Shown here: in pieces, positions 60,689 to 64,000 of the stretch | Layout of the letters: each line of letters opens with the position of its first letter | Position numbering within the stretch: position 1 is the stretch's first letter | Assembly (NCBI GenBank): GCA_051986485.1 | Contig: JBPYFL010000084.1 | Span: 68,498 to 132,497 of the forward strand | Direction of reading: 5' to 3' | Source of the DNA: Streptosporangiaceae bacterium | Lineage (GTDB): Bacteria; Actinomycetota; Actinomycetes; Streptosporangiales; Streptosporangiaceae | Length of the DNA stretch: 64,000 nucleotides | Notes under the pieces: model-generated | Seen by the model: the letters and a program-made list of their open reading frames with translations, nothing else | Database searches by the model: none | What the model was told of the DNA's origin: nothing | Made by a program: the position numbers and the translations under genes

Positions 60689-62205
60689 CCTGCCCGCCGG
60701 TGCCGGCCGGCCTCCGGCTGCGGCCCGACCCGGGCCTGCGGCGGCTGGAGGGCGGCACGGTGCTGCTCGGCGGCTCGCCGCCGCGGCTGATGCGGCTCGG
60801 CCCCGCTGCGGCCCGCCAGGTAGGGGAGTGGTTCCAAGGTCATCCGGTGCCGGACGGCCGCCCGGCCCGGACGCTGGCCCGTCGGCTGCTCGAGGCCGGG
60901 ATGGCGCATCCGGCACCGGAGCCGATGGCGGGGCCCGGGAACGGGCCGGTGCCGCCGAGCCCGCCGCCAGCGCAGGTCACCGTCGTGGTCCCGGTCCGTG
61001 ACCGGCTTCCGGAGCTGCACCGCTGCCTGGCAGGTCTCACCGGGCGTGGCCCTGGTGACCCCGGCGCGCAGCCGGAGGCCGGGCGCGGGCGGCCGGCGAT
61101 CATCGTGGTGGACGACGGGTCCCTCGACCCCGCCGCGGTGGCGCGCGCCGCCGCGGCCGCTGGAGCCCGATGCCTGCGCCGGGATACCGCCGGGGGACCG
61201 GCCGCGGCGCGAAACACCGGCCTGGCCGCGGCGCGCACCCCGCTGGTGGCGTTCATCGACTCGGACTGCGTTCCCGGGCCGGGCTGGCTGGCGCCGCTGC
61301 TGCGGCATTTCGGCGACCCGGGTGTCGGCGCGGCCGCGCCGCGCATCACCGCCCACCCTGCGGACCGGCCTGGCGGGTGGCTGGCGCGTTACGAGGAGAT
61401 CCGCTCGGCGCTCGACATGGGCCCGGCGGAGAGCATCGTCCGGCCGGGGGCTCCGGTGCCGTACGTCCCGGCCGCGGCGCTTGTCGTTCGCCGCGCGGCG
61501 GCGGGCGCGGGATTCGCCGAGGACATGCAGGTGGGCGAGGACGTCGATTTCGTCTGGCGGATCGCCGCGTCCGGCTGGCAGGTCCGCTACGAGCCGGCCT
61601 CGACCGTGGCCCATCAGCATCGCGTCCAGTTGACCGAATGGTTCGCGCGCCGCCGGGACTACGGCACCTCGGCGGCGCCGCTGGAGCTGCGGCATCCGGG
61701 TACCGTGCCTGCCGTCGCGATGTCCGGCTGGAGCGCTCTGGCCTGGACCGCCGCCGCGCTGCGGCATCCCGGAGCCGGGGCGGCCATCACCGGCGGCACC
61801 ACCGCGGTGCTCGCCCGGCGCCTCGCGCCATACACCGCCGACGCCTGGCCGGTTGCCCGCGAGATGGCCGCCGGGGGTACCGTCGCGGCTGGCCGGTTGC
61901 TGGGAACGGCGCTCATCCGGGCCTGGTGGCCGGTGACGCTGCCGGCCGCGATCGCCGTCCGGCGGCTAAGGATGCCGTTGGCCGCGCTCGCGCTGGCCGC
62001 GCCTTTCATCGAATGGCGGGAACGACGTCCCGCGATGGACCCGGTCCGTTACTCCGCCGCGCGACTGCTGGACGACGTGGCCTACTGCTCCGGGCTATGG
62101 CGGGGGTGTATCCGGTACCGGACGGCGCGGCCGCTAGCGCCCCGGCTGTGGTGGTGGTCGAGGGCAACCGAGCCGGGCGGGCCGCACCGCAACGGGCACC
62201 AATAA
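60685..62205 (+). CDS. mftF: Mycofactocin glycosyltransferase MftF (GT2 family)
   Basis: The GT2 core is present (VVVPVRDR ... IIVVDDGS ... DSDCVP), with a C-terminal membrane region. The start overlaps the mftR stop. Confidence 0.85.
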   Translation: MTCPPVPAGLRLRPDPGLRRLEGGTVLLGGSPPRLMRLGPAAARQVGEWFQGHPVPDGRPARTLARRLLEAGMAHPAPEPMAGPGNGPVPPSPPPAQVTVVVPVRDRLPELHRCLAGLTGRGPGDPGAQPEAGRGRPAIIVVDDGSLDPAAVARAAAAAGARCLRRDTAGGPAAARNTGLAAARTPLVAFIDSDCVPGPGWLAPLLRHFGDPGVGAAAPRITAHPADRPGGWLARYEEIRSALDMGPAESIVRPGAPVPYVPAAALVVRRAAAGAGFAEDMQVGEDVDFVWRIAASGWQVRYEPASTVAHQHRVQLTEWFARRRDYGTSAAPLELRHPGTVPAVAMSGWSALAWTAAALRHPGAGAAITGGTTAVLARRLAPYTADAWPVAREMAAGGTVAAGRLLGTALIRAWWPVTLPAAIAVRRLRMPLAALALAAPFIEWRERRPAMDPVRYSAARLLDDVAYCSGLWRGCIRYRTARPLAPRLWWWSRATEPGGPHRNGHQ

Positions 62206-62496
62206 CAGCAGGGCTACGCGCCCCAGACCGTCGCGGCGGCTACTCATCACTGACAATGGACGGGCCTTAGGTTGATCCTTGCTTTAAGCCCGCAATCAAA
62301 TCGTTATTTTCCCGGTTTCTCTGGCACCGCCGAGTTAGCCACCGTCGCTACCTGCGGCTTTTGGTGCCGCAGCGAGCCAGAAATGCTAAGCGAGGGTACA
62401 TTTTCGCAGGTAGGAGGACCGCGGGCGATCCCGGGGTCGCCGACGATCGGATACGTTAGAACACATCAGCGAAACCGTGGAGGGAGGGAAAGCCGA

Positions 62497-62631
62497 ATGC
62501 CCAATGCTCACGCCGGGGAGCCGCCACCGTGGCGCCAGACCATTACCGATGCCGCGGCCCGTGTCGCCGTCAGCGTCATCGAATGGCTAATCACGGGTGC
62601 CCTCGGAGGCGGCCCCGGGCCCCTTACCTGA
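62497..62631 (+). CDS. Candidate small ORF (44 aa) with strong RBS, hypothetical
   Basis: An ATG 8 nt after GGAGGGAGGG. The protein reads MPNAHAGEPPPWRQTITDAAARVAVSVIEWLITGALGGGPGPLT. The stop is embedded in a GGGCCCCTTAC/GTAAGGGCCC hairpin. It may instead be part of a non-coding leader. Confidence 0.25.
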   Translation: MPNAHAGEPPPWRQTITDAAARVAVSVIEWLITGALGGGPGPLT

Positions 62632-62799
62632 CGTAAGGGCCCGGAGCCAATCAACTGACCAGCAGGGGGTCTCCGTCCTCACGATTCTCTCGCCAAGAGC
62701 AAGAGGAGGAGATTCCCTGCTGGGCTAGCTGAATCTGTCTGATCTAACGCCTTTGATTCTACTACGTCGGCAACAATAGCGGCGCCAATGCCGCGGTTG

Positions 62800-63912
62800 T
62801 CAGGACTCGTGGACTATGACGCCGCGGAGGTTTTTGCCTTCGAGCATGTCCTGATAGCCCTGGTTGATCTGGTCCAGCGGGTAGCGCTGGGTGATCAGCT
62901 CATCGAGTTTTAGCGTGCCCGCCCGGTACAGGTCGATCATGCGCGGGATTTCCTCGAACGGGTTCCCGCCGCCGAACAGGGCCCCGCGGATCCGCTTCTC
63001 GAACAGGGTCAGCTCAGTCCCGGAGACGTGCACGGTCAGCTGGTCCGGCGCACCGAGCCCGGTTACCACGACTTCCCCGCCCTTGCGGATCGCGCCGAAC
63101 GCGGCGCTGATCACTTCCTCGGTCATCACCCCGATGCAAACCAGGGCCTGGTCCGCGCCGACGCCCTGGGTGACCTCGGTGATGATCTGCTGCGCGTCGG
63201 CGGCGTTCGCCGCGCTGTGGGTGGCGCCGAATCGCTCGGCGGACTCGCGCTTGAACGGGACAGGGTCGATCACGACGACGTTGCGGGCACCTGCGGCGGC
63301 GGCGCCCTGAACGGCGTTGATGCCGACCCCGCCGACGCCGTAGATCGCCACCGTGTCGCCGGGATGGACTCCACCGGCGTTGACCGCCGTGCCCCATCCG
63401 GTCGGTACACCGCAGCCGATCAGCACGACGGTCTCCAGCGGCAGGTCATCGTCCACCTTGATGCACGAGTGCTCGGAGATGACGGCGCGCTCGGAGAAGG
63501 TGCCGAGCATGCACATCCCGCCGAGGTCCTCGGCGCCGGAATGGAACCGGAAGGTCCCGTCGGGCATGTTCCCGGAGATCAGGTAGACGCCGAGGTCACA
63601 CAGGTTGCCCATGCCCCGGGCGCACCAGCGGCAGCGGCCGCAGACCGGCAGGAATGAGCAGACCACGTGGTCGCCGGCCTTCAGGCTGGTCACTCCCGGC
63701 CCGGCCTCCTCGATGATTCCCGCGCCCTCATGGCCGCCGACCATCGGGTAGCGCGGCGGAAGGTCCCCGGTCCGCAGGTGATCGTCGGAGTGGCAGAGGC
63801 CCGAGGCGACGAACCGGATCAGAACCTCTCCAGCCTTGGGCGGGTCGAGGTCGAGTTCGGCGATTTCCCAGTCCTTGTGCATGTCGCGGATGATCGCGGC
63901 CTTGGTCTTCAT
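62800..63912 (-). CDS. Zn-dependent NDMA/mycofactocin-dependent alcohol dehydrogenase (MDR superfamily)
   Basis: The catalytic Zn site (GHEGAGI, CHSD) and structural Zn site (C..C..C) are present. The nucleotide-fold motif is GVGGVGINAVQGA. The gene sits next to the mft cluster. Confidence 0.8.
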   Translation of the reverse strand: MKTKAAIIRDMHKDWEIAELDLDPPKAGEVLIRFVASGLCHSDDHLRTGDLPPRYPMVGGHEGAGIIEEAGPGVTSLKAGDHVVCSFLPVCGRCRWCARGMGNLCDLGVYLISGNMPDGTFRFHSGAEDLGGMCMLGTFSERAVISEHSCIKVDDDLPLETVVLIGCGVPTGWGTAVNAGGVHPGDTVAIYGVGGVGINAVQGAAAAGARNVVVIDPVPFKRESAERFGATHSAANAADAQQIITEVTQGVGADQALVCIGVMTEEVISAAFGAIRKGGEVVVTGLGAPDQLTVHVSGTELTLFEKRIRGALFGGGNPFEEIPRMIDLYRAGTLKLDELITQRYPLDQINQGYQDMLEGKNLRGVIVHES

Positions 63913-64000
63913 GTGCTCTCCTCACTGCCGCGAGGTGTCCAGAGCCGACGGCCGCCGCCTGCGGGACCGATGACTACCAGATCATCGAATAGCGGCATCT

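Overview
This is a high-GC (about 70 %+) actinobacterial chromosomal segment, probably Streptomyces- or Pseudonocardia-like. It is densely coded on both strands. I see no rRNA, tRNA, CRISPR array or transposase. The six-frame track is full of long antisense ORFs typical of high-GC DNA. I kept only frames with recognisable protein-family signatures, sensible start and RBS context, or clear operon logic. A few ORF-track frames were not assigned and are not covered here.

Recognisable content, from start to end:
- A MetE-like C-terminal fragment at the window edge, then catechol 2,3-dioxygenase, a LURP-one-like protein and two GNAT acetyltransferases.
- Two SigJ/ECF41-type sigma factors carrying SnoaL-like C-terminal extensions.
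- A large LAL-type LuxR regulator preceded by a 13-bp tandem repeat.
- A YghZ/Gpr-type aldo-keto reductase and a beta-hydroxyacid dehydrogenase.
- A fused NhaA Na+/H+ antiporter with a DsbA-like thioredoxin domain.
- cydAB, a LigD-like protein with phosphoesterase and polymerase domains but no ligase domain, a LysR regulator divergent from an NmrA gene, and F420-type luciferase-like (LLM) and PPOX enzymes.
- A TetR gene followed by an MFS transporter fused to three C-terminal carboxypeptidase-regulatory-like repeats.
- A DUF4232 lipoprotein followed by an ECF sigma and an anti-sigma gene.
- A HAD hydrolase and an NfeD–flotillin pair.
- A trypsin-like protease, an alpha-glucosidase and a uracil-DNA glycosylase.
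- A csoR–copZ–copA copper locus with a recognisable CsoR operator.
- A response-regulator/histidine-kinase pair, two LCP family proteins, and a PucR regulator with a YitJ-like HMT–MTHFR fusion and CoxLSM-type molybdo-enzyme genes.
- A complete mycofactocin cluster: mftR–mftF on + and mftA-B-C-D-E plus a coupled SDR on -, with a mycofactocin/NDMA-type alcohol dehydrogenase next to it.

The signal least explained by the gene calls is a family of three related 52–56 bp palindromic elements (CATGATCGT…ACGATCATG). Each sits immediately 3' of, or between, ion and copper genes: after nhaA-dsbA, between copZ and copA, and after copA. A GC-poor 0.6 kb gap between mftF and the alcohol dehydrogenase carries a strong-RBS 44-codon ORF and hairpins. 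Several short tandem or direct repeat arrays lie in regulatory intergenic regions.

I cannot point with confidence to a wholly new multi-gene system. The palindromic element family and the MFS–Ig-like fusion are the best candidates for something undescribed.
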